Assembly: GCA_009859145.1 (NCBI GenBank)
Contig: VRVR01000042.1
Coordinates: forward strand, 172,806-236,805
Length of the DNA stretch: 64,000 bases
Direction: 5' to 3'
DNA from: Andalucia godoyi And28
Taxonomy: Eukaryota > Protista > Jakobida
In this document: positions 20,817-30,900 of the stretch, piece by piece
Layout: the number at the start of each line of letters is the position of its first letter
Numbering within the stretch: position 1 is the stretch's first letter
The notes under the pieces: generated by a model
Databases searched by the model: none
Told to the model about the DNA's origin: nothing
What the model saw: the letters and a program-made list of their open reading frames with translations, nothing else
Position numbers and translations under genes: made by a program

Positions 20817-23800
20817 ATGATGCGGTCATCTACTACTTCGTCAACCGCGGTCAAAAGAACGCCTCCGAGACTTCCGTTGTCGAGCACCGTCTCATCTGCC
20901 TCCAACACCACGAACACGACTCCTGCTGCATCTCCACCTGTTTCTGCTCGTGGAAAGCCAATGGCTACCGCGACAACCACAGCATCCGGTTCGGGTGCAG
21001 GTTCAGGAGCGGGGGGACATCATCATCATCCTCATCATCAGCATCGAAGAGTAGATACATTGTATATGGAAAAATCGCCAGGCACAGCATCATCGAGTAC
21101 GGCAGCATCGTCGGGTGCTGCAGCAGTTTCAGAATCTGGGATTTTGCTGGCTGCAGTGGAGGCTCTTTCGGATGGAGTACGGTGCATGTGTCGCACGAAG
21201 AATCAGATTTGGGCTGGGGGCAGAAAGGGACAGATTACGATCCACAATACGGAGACAACGTCGCTGATTGTCAAGAAGCAGGTGTCGACGTTGGACGCTG
21301 TTCTTGCGTTGCTTGCACTCCCCGATGCGTTTGAGCAGGTGTGGGCCGGGTATTCTTCGGGATCCATTGGAGTGTGGTCGACGGCAAACTACGACCCCGT
21401 CGCATTGATCAATGCTGCACATCAAGGGGGCGTGCTGACGCTGTGCTTTGTCAAGAATGCTGTCTGGACTGGCGGCGCGGATTTCACCATCCGATGTTTT
21501 GATCCTGTTTCTCGTGCGCCTGTCATGCACTTGCAACATCACAAGAATTGGGTACGTTGCATTTGCTTTGCAGAAGAAGAAGGAATGGTGTGGACAGGAT
21601 CGGATGATCGGTCGATTGCAGTATGGGGAGCAGACACATATGATCTCATTGCCGAGCTCAAGGGGCATTCTGATGGGGTGTCTGTGCTGTGCTACGGAGG
21701 AAAGGGGAGTTCGCATGTTTGGTCCGGAAGCGGAGACAAGTCCATTCGCGTCTGGAACACCAAAACGTTCAAGACGGTCAGAGAACACAGAACACACTCG
21801 CAGCGCATCCAGGCAATCGTGCTTGCAGGATCCGAAATCTGGTCTGCCGGTGCGGATCGGAATGTTTCCATCTTTGCTCAGCAAGATACTCACATGAAAA
21901 AAATGTTGACGAAGGAGCACGATGGATGGGTTGGAGGGCTGGCGTATGTCAATGAGCGGGTTTGGTCAGGAGGTGCAGATTCCGTAATGAGAATATGGTC
22001 TGCGGATGGCACCCGACAGACAATTGTTCCGTCTTCACAGCCCCCGCCAATTGAATTCACTCCGGTAAAGTCTCCAACGCACCGCGACGCTGCTGCAGCT
22101 CGTCAACAGGTGCTCTCGAGTGTGCAGACGCAAACGTCGTCGCTCTCGTCTCCGGTCTCTTCTGATTCAAAAGCGAAGGCGACGGCAGAGTGGATAGAGG
22201 AACGGACAGCCTTTGAAAAGCAAATCGAGGCGTTGAAAAAAGAGACTGCAAAGACCAAAGAAGAGAACGAGCGGTTGCGAAATCGGGAATTTGAGGATTT
22301 GGAGTCTGTGTCCAACTACCAGTCCTCGATTGAGAACCTCGAGTCCGAAGTTGGGCAGCTTCGAAAGGAGCTGAAGCAGGTGAAGCAATCCAAATCGAGC
22401 ATTTTGATGCAGTTTTCTGCACTCCGTGAGCGAATCTTGAAAGTTGCTTCCGAAAGTGGCATGGACATTGTTGGAAGCGAAGATGATACAGAAAAGATTG
22501 TTCGTGATCTGGGCGGTAACTTTGCATGCATGCGCTCAGTCTTCCGGATTTTGACAGAGAGTGCCCTGATTTTCTCCCCGGGGAAGGACTACCCTACGTC
22601 CATCACCGAAGCTGAATTTCATGAAATCGTCTGTTCCCTTACTCGCAAGGCCGTATCTCGAATTGCGCACTATCAGAAGCTTGTGAGACCGTTTGTTCCT
22701 GTTCGCGATTATGAAACGACGTCCCAGACGTCATTCGTCGGGCTCGAGGGCAGCGTCGCCCACATGTCTTCTGATTCTGGAACGTATGAGGAGGAATTCG
22801 GACCGGATCGCATTTCGGTTGATTCTGCTGCGAACTCTCATGTTGAAAATGCTGAGCGACTGGCGGATGCGTATCATGAACTGTCGAAACATCGAGAAAC
22901 GCTCCGAGAAATGTGTTCCCTGCTCGATGAATCAAGGATGAAGTTTGGGCTTGTGAATGCTGAGTCGGGAAACGATTCCGAGTTTCTTGCTGATGTTGAA
23001 GAACGGTGTGAGGATGCCATTGAATTGCGATCTCGCATTCTGGGTGCGTACCGACACTTGGACTCATCTTTGTCAGCCAAGATGTCTCACATGTCCCCAC
23101 GTCGTTCGTCGAACTCCGCTGCATCCTTTGCATCAGCGCATCTTTCTCCTCGTCCATCGACCACGACTGGGCACGGTATTTCCTCCGAGCATCCTGATGA
23201 CACATCAGACTTGTTATCCAGCGTAGAGAAGCTGGTTGATGAGGCGCTTGCGGAAGAACTGGAGTCATCCGACGAGGGCTTTGACGTTGCGCGGAAGGTG
23301 TCCTACGTCATTTCTCGTTTGCAAGCCCGCGATGCCATGCTACAGGAAGTGAATGAATCCCTGTCTGCGTGGTTGCTTTTCGCTGCTCCCCACGTTTCCG
23401 ACAAGGATGGCCAGATGCAGGCAGACGCCTTCGACACCGACAGTGACCGGACTTTGGTAACTCAAATTCGAGAGAAATCTACGTCGCTCGAAGGCTCACT
23501 TCGCTTGTGGGATGATGAGACGCAGCGCTTGTGCCAGGAGTCGATGATGCTTGCCAATGTTTGTGGTCTCACGGTTTCAGATGTTGAGTGCGTGCAGAAC
23601 AATGTTGCAGGAACCATTGCTGTCATTTCCGGTCTCATGGGGCTTGTCCGGCAACGTCTTGCTGGCATGCAAGCATCTCCAGATGTTTCGGGTCAACTTA
23701 ACGACATGCAGGGCACGCTTAGCACAATTCTTGCGCGACTGGGAGCTTCTGCGGGCGGTCCAGCTTCGGTATCACTGGATAGCGGGAAGTGTGGCGTGTC

Positions 23801-25685
23801 TGTGAGTCTGGAGACAGCGTCGGTGGTCGTGCAGACGGTTGAGCGTGCGCCGCACACGACAGAAAACGGAACGGACCCAGTCATCGCGGTCAAGAGGGAC
23901 CTGGCGTCCCAAGCAACAGCGAATTTGCACGATATGGGTGCAGATGCTGAGTCTGTGCGCGTTGCGGATGTCTCCATTCAACATGGTGCCGGGGCGCAAG
24001 TTCACGAGGAGATGGTGCTTGTCCCAGCATGTCAGGCCGCTGTCTTGTCGTTGACGGATTCTCGCGAATTCCGAGAATCGGGTGTGCAGTGTGACGCGGT
24101 CCTTACGGCAGCAGCAGCGACTTCGGAAGCAGGTTGCCAGCACGACACCGTACTGTTGGCTGTCGGCGTCACACAAACGCTGTCTCATGTCCTCGAGTCT
24201 CATTCGCAAACAGAAGACATCTTCCATGATGAACACTCGGTGCAAACCGAGTCTCTGCCTTGTGCAGTTAAGTTATCTGAGATGGCATGCCAGCATGACG
24301 CTTCTCTTTTTCTCTGCTCTGCAGAAGCTCAGACTGCAAACACAGCCATAGCTGAATCTCTTAATCAGACCGAATTTGTGCCACAGCAAGAGATTGCGGT
24401 TCAAACGGACCTCGATTCAGAGAGTGCAGACGTGCATGTCTCGGATTCTCTGGAAGTCCCCGTTCCAACTCCGATTCCGGTTCCGGACATGTCTGTTGAA
24501 CAGTCCGCAGACCAGAATGTTGCAGACGTGTCGGATGAATACCTACAAGAGACCTCGCATTTGTCCGATCCTGTTGGATCACCCACATTTGTCCCTCACG
24601 CGGCCAAACCGGTTGTCGACATAGATGCTCACGGATGTCTTCCTTCGTCGTCGTTCCAGACCATTGTCGAATGCTTGTGTGCTGTCCGACATCACCTGGC
24701 TCTTTTGGATGCGGATGCAAAAGACAGCGATCGATACGTCGATCTCATTGAATCCGTCATTCCAGAGTGCGAGAGCCTGCTTGGAGGTGGCCTGAGTTTT
24801 GACGAACTGGAGTCGGCGCTGAGGAATGCCTCCTCGGCGTCCGCATATTCTGAAGCTGTTGTTCCTGGCCACACTCGCGCACTTTGCTGGAAAGCGTATA
24901 CGATGAGCTATATTATATTCTGCCGATCGAGTTCTGCCAATCCGACAAACCTATCTGTGACGCTGCCTCCGATCGGATCGCTGCCACTGGATTCGGATTC
25001 TCTCGAGTCGTTGTCGGAAGCGGAGACCGTGGAGTTTGGTGCGTTGCAGCAAGAGAGCCACGAGGCGACATATGGTTTGGAGTGGTTTGAGTTGCTGGGA
25101 AAGGAGATTCAGCATGCAAGAAGTGCCGTACTGCGCAGAAGCCCACCGTCGCTGGAAGATATCGACTTGCTGATTCAACGAATCGATGATGTGCGTGATG
25201 CAGAACCGCACTGCGTGTGTATATGGTCCTCGTATGCAGTGGCGGATGTTTCCATTGCTCAGATTACGGGGCTTTTGAAGTCGCTTCGAGCGTTCTGCGC
25301 AGCGAGCGAGCGTGTCCCAAGTCCGCATCAAACCGATCTGGAGTCCGTCATTCACCAGGTTCTTCATCGTGTGTTTGAAGAGTGTGGCCGTTCTATTCGT
25401 TCGGCTTCCTTGTGGTTTGCACCTCTTGACGACTCTACGCGACAGTCTCTGATGAATGAACCGGACGATTCATTCCCTGCGTTTGTTGGCGTATACACCC
25501 CCGTTCTGGAGGTCCTATGCGAGTCCATTGAATCCCTATCTGCTGTCCTCGAAGTTCTGCCGACAGACAAGTTGCTTGAGCAAGCTGCCGCAAAATCCAG
25601 CTCTCTTGCTGAGCGCTGCGCCTTCGATTTCAACAACGTCGTCCAAGTCGTCTTTGAAGCCATCCATTCAAAACACCTGTCGTAA
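20817..25685 (+). CDS. Large WD40-repeat plus coiled-coil protein
   Basis: About seven WD repeats (VWTGGADFTIRCFD, VWTGSDDRSIAVW, VWSGSGDKSIRVW and others) followed by long heptad regions. ATG at 20817; the upstream ORF extension is (CA)n and (GAAAAG)n repeats. Confidence 0.85.
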   Translation: MMRSSTTSSTAVKRTPPRLPLSSTVSSASNTTNTTPAASPPVSARGKPMATATTTASGSGAGSGAGGHHHHPHHQHRRVDTLYMEKSPGTASSSTAASSGAAAVSESGILLAAVEALSDGVRCMCRTKNQIWAGGRKGQITIHNTETTSLIVKKQVSTLDAVLALLALPDAFEQVWAGYSSGSIGVWSTANYDPVALINAAHQGGVLTLCFVKNAVWTGGADFTIRCFDPVSRAPVMHLQHHKNWVRCICFAEEEGMVWTGSDDRSIAVWGADTYDLIAELKGHSDGVSVLCYGGKGSSHVWSGSGDKSIRVWNTKTFKTVREHRTHSQRIQAIVLAGSEIWSAGADRNVSIFAQQDTHMKKMLTKEHDGWVGGLAYVNERVWSGGADSVMRIWSADGTRQTIVPSSQPPPIEFTPVKSPTHRDAAAARQQVLSSVQTQTSSLSSPVSSDSKAKATAEWIEERTAFEKQIEALKKETAKTKEENERLRNREFEDLESVSNYQSSIENLESEVGQLRKELKQVKQSKSSILMQFSALRERILKVASESGMDIVGSEDDTEKIVRDLGGNFACMRSVFRILTESALIFSPGKDYPTSITEAEFHEIVCSLTRKAVSRIAHYQKLVRPFVPVRDYETTSQTSFVGLEGSVAHMSSDSGTYEEEFGPDRISVDSAANSHVENAERLADAYHELSKHRETLREMCSLLDESRMKFGLVNAESGNDSEFLADVEERCEDAIELRSRILGAYRHLDSSLSAKMSHMSPRRSSNSAASFASAHLSPRPSTTTGHGISSEHPDDTSDLLSSVEKLVDEALAEELESSDEGFDVARKVSYVISRLQARDAMLQEVNESLSAWLLFAAPHVSDKDGQMQADAFDTDSDRTLVTQIREKSTSLEGSLRLWDDETQRLCQESMMLANVCGLTVSDVECVQNNVAGTIAVISGLMGLVRQRLAGMQASPDVSGQLNDMQGTLSTILARLGASAGGPASVSLDSGKCGVSVSLETASVVVQTVERAPHTTENGTDPVIAVKRDLASQATANLHDMGADAESVRVADVSIQHGAGAQVHEEMVLVPACQAAVLSLTDSREFRESGVQCDAVLTAAAATSEAGCQHDTVLLAVGVTQTLSHVLESHSQTEDIFHDEHSVQTESLPCAVKLSEMACQHDASLFLCSAEAQTANTAIAESLNQTEFVPQQEIAVQTDLDSESADVHVSDSLEVPVPTPIPVPDMSVEQSADQNVADVSDEYLQETSHLSDPVGSPTFVPHAAKPVVDIDAHGCLPSSSFQTIVECLCAVRHHLALLDADAKDSDRYVDLIESVIPECESLLGGGLSFDELESALRNASSASAYSEAVVPGHTRALCWKAYTMSYIIFCRSSSANPTNLSVTLPPIGSLPLDSDSLESLSEAETVEFGALQQESHEATYGLEWFELLGKEIQHARSAVLRRSPPSLEDIDLLIQRIDDVRDAEPHCVCIWSSYAVADVSIAQITGLLKSLRAFCAASERVPSPHQTDLESVIHQVLHRVFEECGRSIRSASLWFAPLDDSTRQSLMNEPDDSFPAFVGVYTPVLEVLCESIESLSAVLEVLPTDKLLEQAAAKSSSLAERCAFDFNNVVQVVFEAIHSKHLS

Positions 25686-25895
25686 TCAATCCTGTAAAAA
25701 AGAAAGAATCCCTGATGTTGTTGCATCAATGGCCTGTTCAAGTCCGTCTTTGGTCTGTCTGCTTTTCCCCTTCCTTATCTTGTTTTCCCTTTTGATGGCG
25801 CACGTCGTCGCGTTTGTCTGTGTTTGTTGCATTCTTTTTTCAATTCTTTCGTTTTCTGGGTTTCATTTTTTGGGGTTTTCCAAGTGTGGACTCTT

Positions 25896-25938
<43 letters not shown>

Positions 25939-25988
25939 TGTGTGTGTGTGTGTGTGTGTGTGTGTCGCTCTCTGAATCTTGGAGTGCC

Positions 25989-27830
25989 ATGGCAACGCCG
26001 TCGAAAACGCCGAAGAAAGCCGCCACGAACAGTGGGACTACAAGCGGTGGAAATACGCAGCGAACGATCCGAGATGTGGCGCCGGCATTTGGTCTGGGAA
26101 CACTTGGGTTGTCTTCAAAAGGACTTACCTCGTTGTACGGGCTTGGCTGCAACACAGATCTGAAAGTTTTGTATTTGCAAGGAAACAACTTGCGGACCTT
26201 TGAGCACTTGGTGTCACAGCCGCAGCTTCGCGAGCTGAACGTGTCAGACAACAAACTGTCGTCGTTCAAAGGAATTGCGTTTCAGCCAAAGCTCGAGGTC
26301 CTGACGATTCGGGGGAATCCAATATCATCGCATCCATTTTATCGAATCATGGCGATTCTGGCGATTGGGCCTTCGTTGCGCAAGATTGACGATACTACGA
26401 TTTTGCACTCCGAAAGGGACCTTGCAAGATCGATGGGACCACGAGCTGCTGCGGCGGTTCGCTTAGGGTGGCTGATGGACTCGAAGCCGCGATTGCCGCA
26501 AGATTATGAGCTGCTACTGGATCAGTTTGAAAAAGGCGATGTCTGCCCTGAGAGCCGCGGCAAAACGGACTCTCCGCAAAGGGACAGAGAGGAAGAGGAA
26601 GCACTGTATATTCAGGAACAGGTGTTTTTGAAAGAGGCGGAAGTCACGCGAATTCTGGCTGCTTCCAATGGGTCTGCAACCCCCAACGGGAGGCCATCGA
26701 GCCACGGTGAGAATGGAACCGCGGATGCAAATGGGCATCGAAGCGAGCATGTGGATGTGGAGGAAGAGAGAAGGGCCAAAGAACGGTTGTTGGTCCGCGG
26801 ACTGCAGAAAGAGGTTGCAACACTCAGACAGAAGCATCTTTCGTCCAAGAATCTGTTTGCGAATTCCACACCACCACGAGTCATCGCTCCTGCTCAGCAG
26901 AAATCTCCTAGTGCGGCAGCCAATGGCGGTTCCGTTGACACTGCTGCTCCCGTCGCTGTAGCAAGCAATTCACCATGTTCCTGTTCATGTCCATCATGTT
27001 CGTCATCATCATCTACCACTACTTCCGCGACAAGAGAACATCCGTTCGTGAGTATTCTGCCGAATGTTGCAGAGGTCTTGTTTAGTGCCGGCATCAAAGT
27101 CACCAAAGAATCGGTGTCCTGGACGTCGTGCGTTGTCTTTCTGCATTTTCTCGTCGAGGCATTCTACGTGGAGGACGAGTCGGTCCTTCGGCTTGTGACA
27201 AAGTCAGGAAAAGCGCTGGATGTTGCAGTTCCCCAAAGCGAAGTGGCAGATGTGGAGGCCGTGATCATGGGGTTCCAGAAACTGCGCAAGACTCTCACTG
27301 GCCTTTCCATTCCTGACCAGGAATTCGTCGAAATCACCAAGCAGGAAGCGCCCGCAGATGCACCGCCCATCACATCGGAAGCGACGCCCGACTCGCAGCA
27401 ACCGACTACTCCGGAGCAACCACCAGCGACGTCTGAGCAGGATCCGGATTTATCGGACCAGCCAGTTGCCGCTGCCCAGGAACAGCCAACATCGAGTCCA
27501 CCGACAGAAGCTCCTTCAACCAGTGCTGCGCCAAGTTCGGAGACCCAACCGACGTCCGATGCCCCCGCTGCTGCAGATCCTTCAAATCCCAACACTGGTG
27601 CCGACAGTCCGACTCCCATTTCGCAGAGCACTGACCTCCAGCCGAATGCGCCCTCTGACGCGGTAGCATCCCACGATCAGCAACAATGCCAACCGATGCC
27701 TGTCCCCAAAAAGGCAGACTCGCCTCCCGAGGACTCTGCACCGAGTAATGTGGATGCTTCGAGTTCGGAATCTCAGGAAACCACGTCAGATGCTGTTTCG
27801 ACTGCTGCTGCGACCGCTCCTTCGTCATGA
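25989..27830 (+). CDS. Leucine-rich repeat protein with AIR9-like LRR cap and low-complexity tail
   Basis: SDS22-type LRRs (LYLQGNNL, LNVSDNKL, LTIRGNPI). These are followed by AILAIGPSLRKIDD...AAAAVRLGW, resembling the LRR C-cap of plant AIR9. ATG at 25989. Confidence 0.7.
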   Translation: MATPSKTPKKAATNSGTTSGGNTQRTIRDVAPAFGLGTLGLSSKGLTSLYGLGCNTDLKVLYLQGNNLRTFEHLVSQPQLRELNVSDNKLSSFKGIAFQPKLEVLTIRGNPISSHPFYRIMAILAIGPSLRKIDDTTILHSERDLARSMGPRAAAAVRLGWLMDSKPRLPQDYELLLDQFEKGDVCPESRGKTDSPQRDREEEEALYIQEQVFLKEAEVTRILAASNGSATPNGRPSSHGENGTADANGHRSEHVDVEEERRAKERLLVRGLQKEVATLRQKHLSSKNLFANSTPPRVIAPAQQKSPSAAANGGSVDTAAPVAVASNSPCSCSCPSCSSSSSTTTSATREHPFVSILPNVAEVLFSAGIKVTKESVSWTSCVVFLHFLVEAFYVEDESVLRLVTKSGKALDVAVPQSEVADVEAVIMGFQKLRKTLTGLSIPDQEFVEITKQEAPADAPPITSEATPDSQQPTTPEQPPATSEQDPDLSDQPVAAAQEQPTSSPPTEAPSTSAAPSSETQPTSDAPAAADPSNPNTGADSPTPISQSTDLQPNAPSDAVASHDQQQCQPMPVPKKADSPPEDSAPSNVDASSSESQETTSDAVSTAAATAPSS

Positions 27831-27966
27831 ATAGAAACTCACAAACCATGTACTTGACCAACACTGTATACTTTTTCGCTGTTGTATTTCTAGTTAACAA
27901 GGAAACTCAGAAAGAAAGGAGTTTTTTTCTTTCTCTTTTTGAAGAAATTGTGTGCTCAAAAGTGAT

Positions 27967-30900
27967 TTATGAATCCATCACAGAATCTACGAATTGCTCA
28001 ATCGACAACGATTCAAATAGTCGTTTCACGGTCAGGCGGTCAGCAATGGTTGAAAATCCTTTGCGACGAAGCGCTTCTTGCAACATTGCAACGCACATCA
28101 AAGCAGACATGGAGTCACCACCAAGAACGAAAAACGACTTTGCCTCGTCCACGACCGACATTTTAAGAAATGACGCGAATCCGTGCCGAATGACCTCCCG
28201 GGCATCTTGGTTGGACAAGGTGGGAACACAACTGTCGACAGGAGCAACTTTAGAAGTCTTGCCATATATCCACGAATCAACTTTTCCAAGCAGGTCTCCT
28301 TTCGAGACAATCAGTGGAACCGGAATGCCTCGTGTTGATCTGGCAAGAAGAAGATCTTTCACGAGCTCCATACAGTACTCGACGGGCAGTCCAAAAGAAC
28401 CGCCAATATCCTTCATTTGCATCTTCTTGTTGTGTCTATTAAGGCCTAGCAGCGAGGCTGAACGAGACAACGGCACCCCTTTCCGAAGTAGCACATGTCT
28501 CAAAGCGTGAACGTCCCAATCGTCCCATGCAACGGAGACAACAGAATGCTGTGCGGTGAGTTTGCAAAATAAGGCATCCATTCTCAGATTTGCGCTTCCA
28601 TAAAACATCATTCCGGGGCCTCCGAGGTACGCAGCAAGAGAAGAAAATCCAATGCAGCGACGAATTTTGGATCCGGAGTCGAACAGCGCTTGGAGGGCAT
28701 CCGACTTTGGCTCGCACTCTTGTGCCATTCGATCACCCTCCGCCATCCAGCACAAGTCTGCCAATCCAGCGCAGAAGATGACCACAGGATCCGACAAAGA
28801 TGCCAAGACAAAGTTCCACTGCGCTGCAGACAGACCATCGAATTCGGTCAAGACAGAGACACGGGACGCCAGCCTGACTCGATGATCAGCCATCGCGGAT
28901 GACAACTGCTCGATCTCCTCAATGCATCGAGTACAGTCGACATCGGAAGCCTTGCAACGAGTCGTGAGAACGATCCTCGTGTCCGCAAACTGAGAATCAG
29001 ATGCGAGCGTAGCAGACAGAATCCTGCCAAGCGTACCAAGACCACCGAAGATGACAATGTTCGCCGGAGATTCGGCACGCTCCAGGTTGGCAAGTTTGAG
29101 GGCGCGAAATTGGCGGTGCAGAACGGAGAAGGTCTGCTCGTCGTCCATCTTTCCTAGCCGGATCGTGTCACCCCATTGCAGCAAATCTTGATCGATGGAG
29201 TCCAGAACACAACGGCCCATCTGGATCACGTCAACATTCGAAAATGGGGCAAACACAGAAACGCAGCGCACACGAGGGAAGTATTCCTGGGAAAGCACTG
29301 CCGCAACAAAAAGGGACTCACTAGAGCGAAAGAAGACAATAATTCTCACGTCCCCGGAATGAGAGGAAATGATCTGCAAAATGCTTTCTCTGCACCGCTC
29401 AAAAGTATGGCAGATGCCTACACTCAACAGAAAACAATCGTCGCAGAGACGCAGAGTGGAGGGATGAGAATCGAGGCAATACTCGCGCTGCGGAATCGAA
29501 ATATCCGTGAGGGCGTGCTGGATGCAATATTTTCCAACATGATCATGGGCAACAGGTGGCTCATCCCTCCGCGGCGATTCTCTCCATATCCGCTTCCTCT
29601 CGAAAGGCAAATCAAGCGCAGGCAGATCATCGCAGATGGCGACGGGTCTCTCCGCTGAGCAAAAAGCAGCTTTTCTTCCTGCGGACAGTTGCGTCCACAT
29701 CCAAGAACACGTTGCAGAGCCCGACATTGGGGATTTGGCGAACAGCGCCAATCCACTCCAGTTCCGTTTCTCCTTCAGAATCATGGAGGACAGCGAAGGT
29801 TTCCATGCTAACTCGACCAAGGTGAGGTTGTCGTATTCTTTTGAAACACGATCGACTGCAGAATCAAACCTGACCGAGGAAACTAAATGATCGGTGCACC
29901 ACTGTCGGAAACCGGACTGGTCCTCAATTCTTGCACCGCAGCATACATCGACGCTACGAAGCGCGTCAATGTTCAAATCAAGACTCAATTCGTTGAGATT
30001 TCTATCAAACGAGGCGGCAACGAGCGCAAGATGGGACCCATGAAATACTCGGTCAGTTGGTATGAGGGCGTAGTTTCCGAATTCCTGCTGGATGACAGCC
30101 GGAGAAAGTCCAGGACTGCAGCCGACAACAACTGCATTGCCCGGATTGACGGATACAATGTTTGTACGAACACCCAAAAGGCCAGATAGGATCTTGCGAA
30201 TGTGGTCCACGGGATGCTTGACGACAAACATTTGGTCCCCATCCGGCGAATATGTTTCCAATGCCGCCGCTCGCAGTTCCAGCACTTGGAAAAATGACCT
30301 GTCATCAATCGCTCCAGCAAGCCACACTGCAATGAGCTCACCGAGAGAGTGACCAATGAAACGGAACGCGGCAGATGCGTAGACGGCACGAAGTATCGAA
30401 AACAATCCGTACTGTAATAATGCAGAGTAGACGTGGACTTCCGTCTGCGAGTATCGATGTTCGGCGGCGACGGCGGAAGAAAAGACGCGGTCAACGGGGA
30501 CAGACGTGTACGGCTGGAGGTTGGTAACCGCGACTCGGAATTCAGGGCAGTGCAGGAAGAGTTCGCGGTACAAAACTGGCGAAAACGAAGTTTGGCCTGG
30601 GCACACAATCAGCATCGTCGTCGTCGGCAACGAAGGACCTGAAAACAGAGTCAGAAATCCTGTGGATGAATCGTCCATTGCATCGACCACGGCCTTCAGA
30701 TCCTGTTTTGAGGACGCCACCACTGTAAAGCAACGCAATCCGGGCCTTGGAAAATGACGAGTGAAGAAGGAGGCTGCTGACGACCAACCGATGGACACAT
30801 CGCTTCTCATAAGAGAGTTGCTGGTGGACCGTAGCCACTTTTTGAAGGACTCCTCGGATGCCATTGCGACTGTCAGCGCACTGAATCTAGAGGGTTCGTG

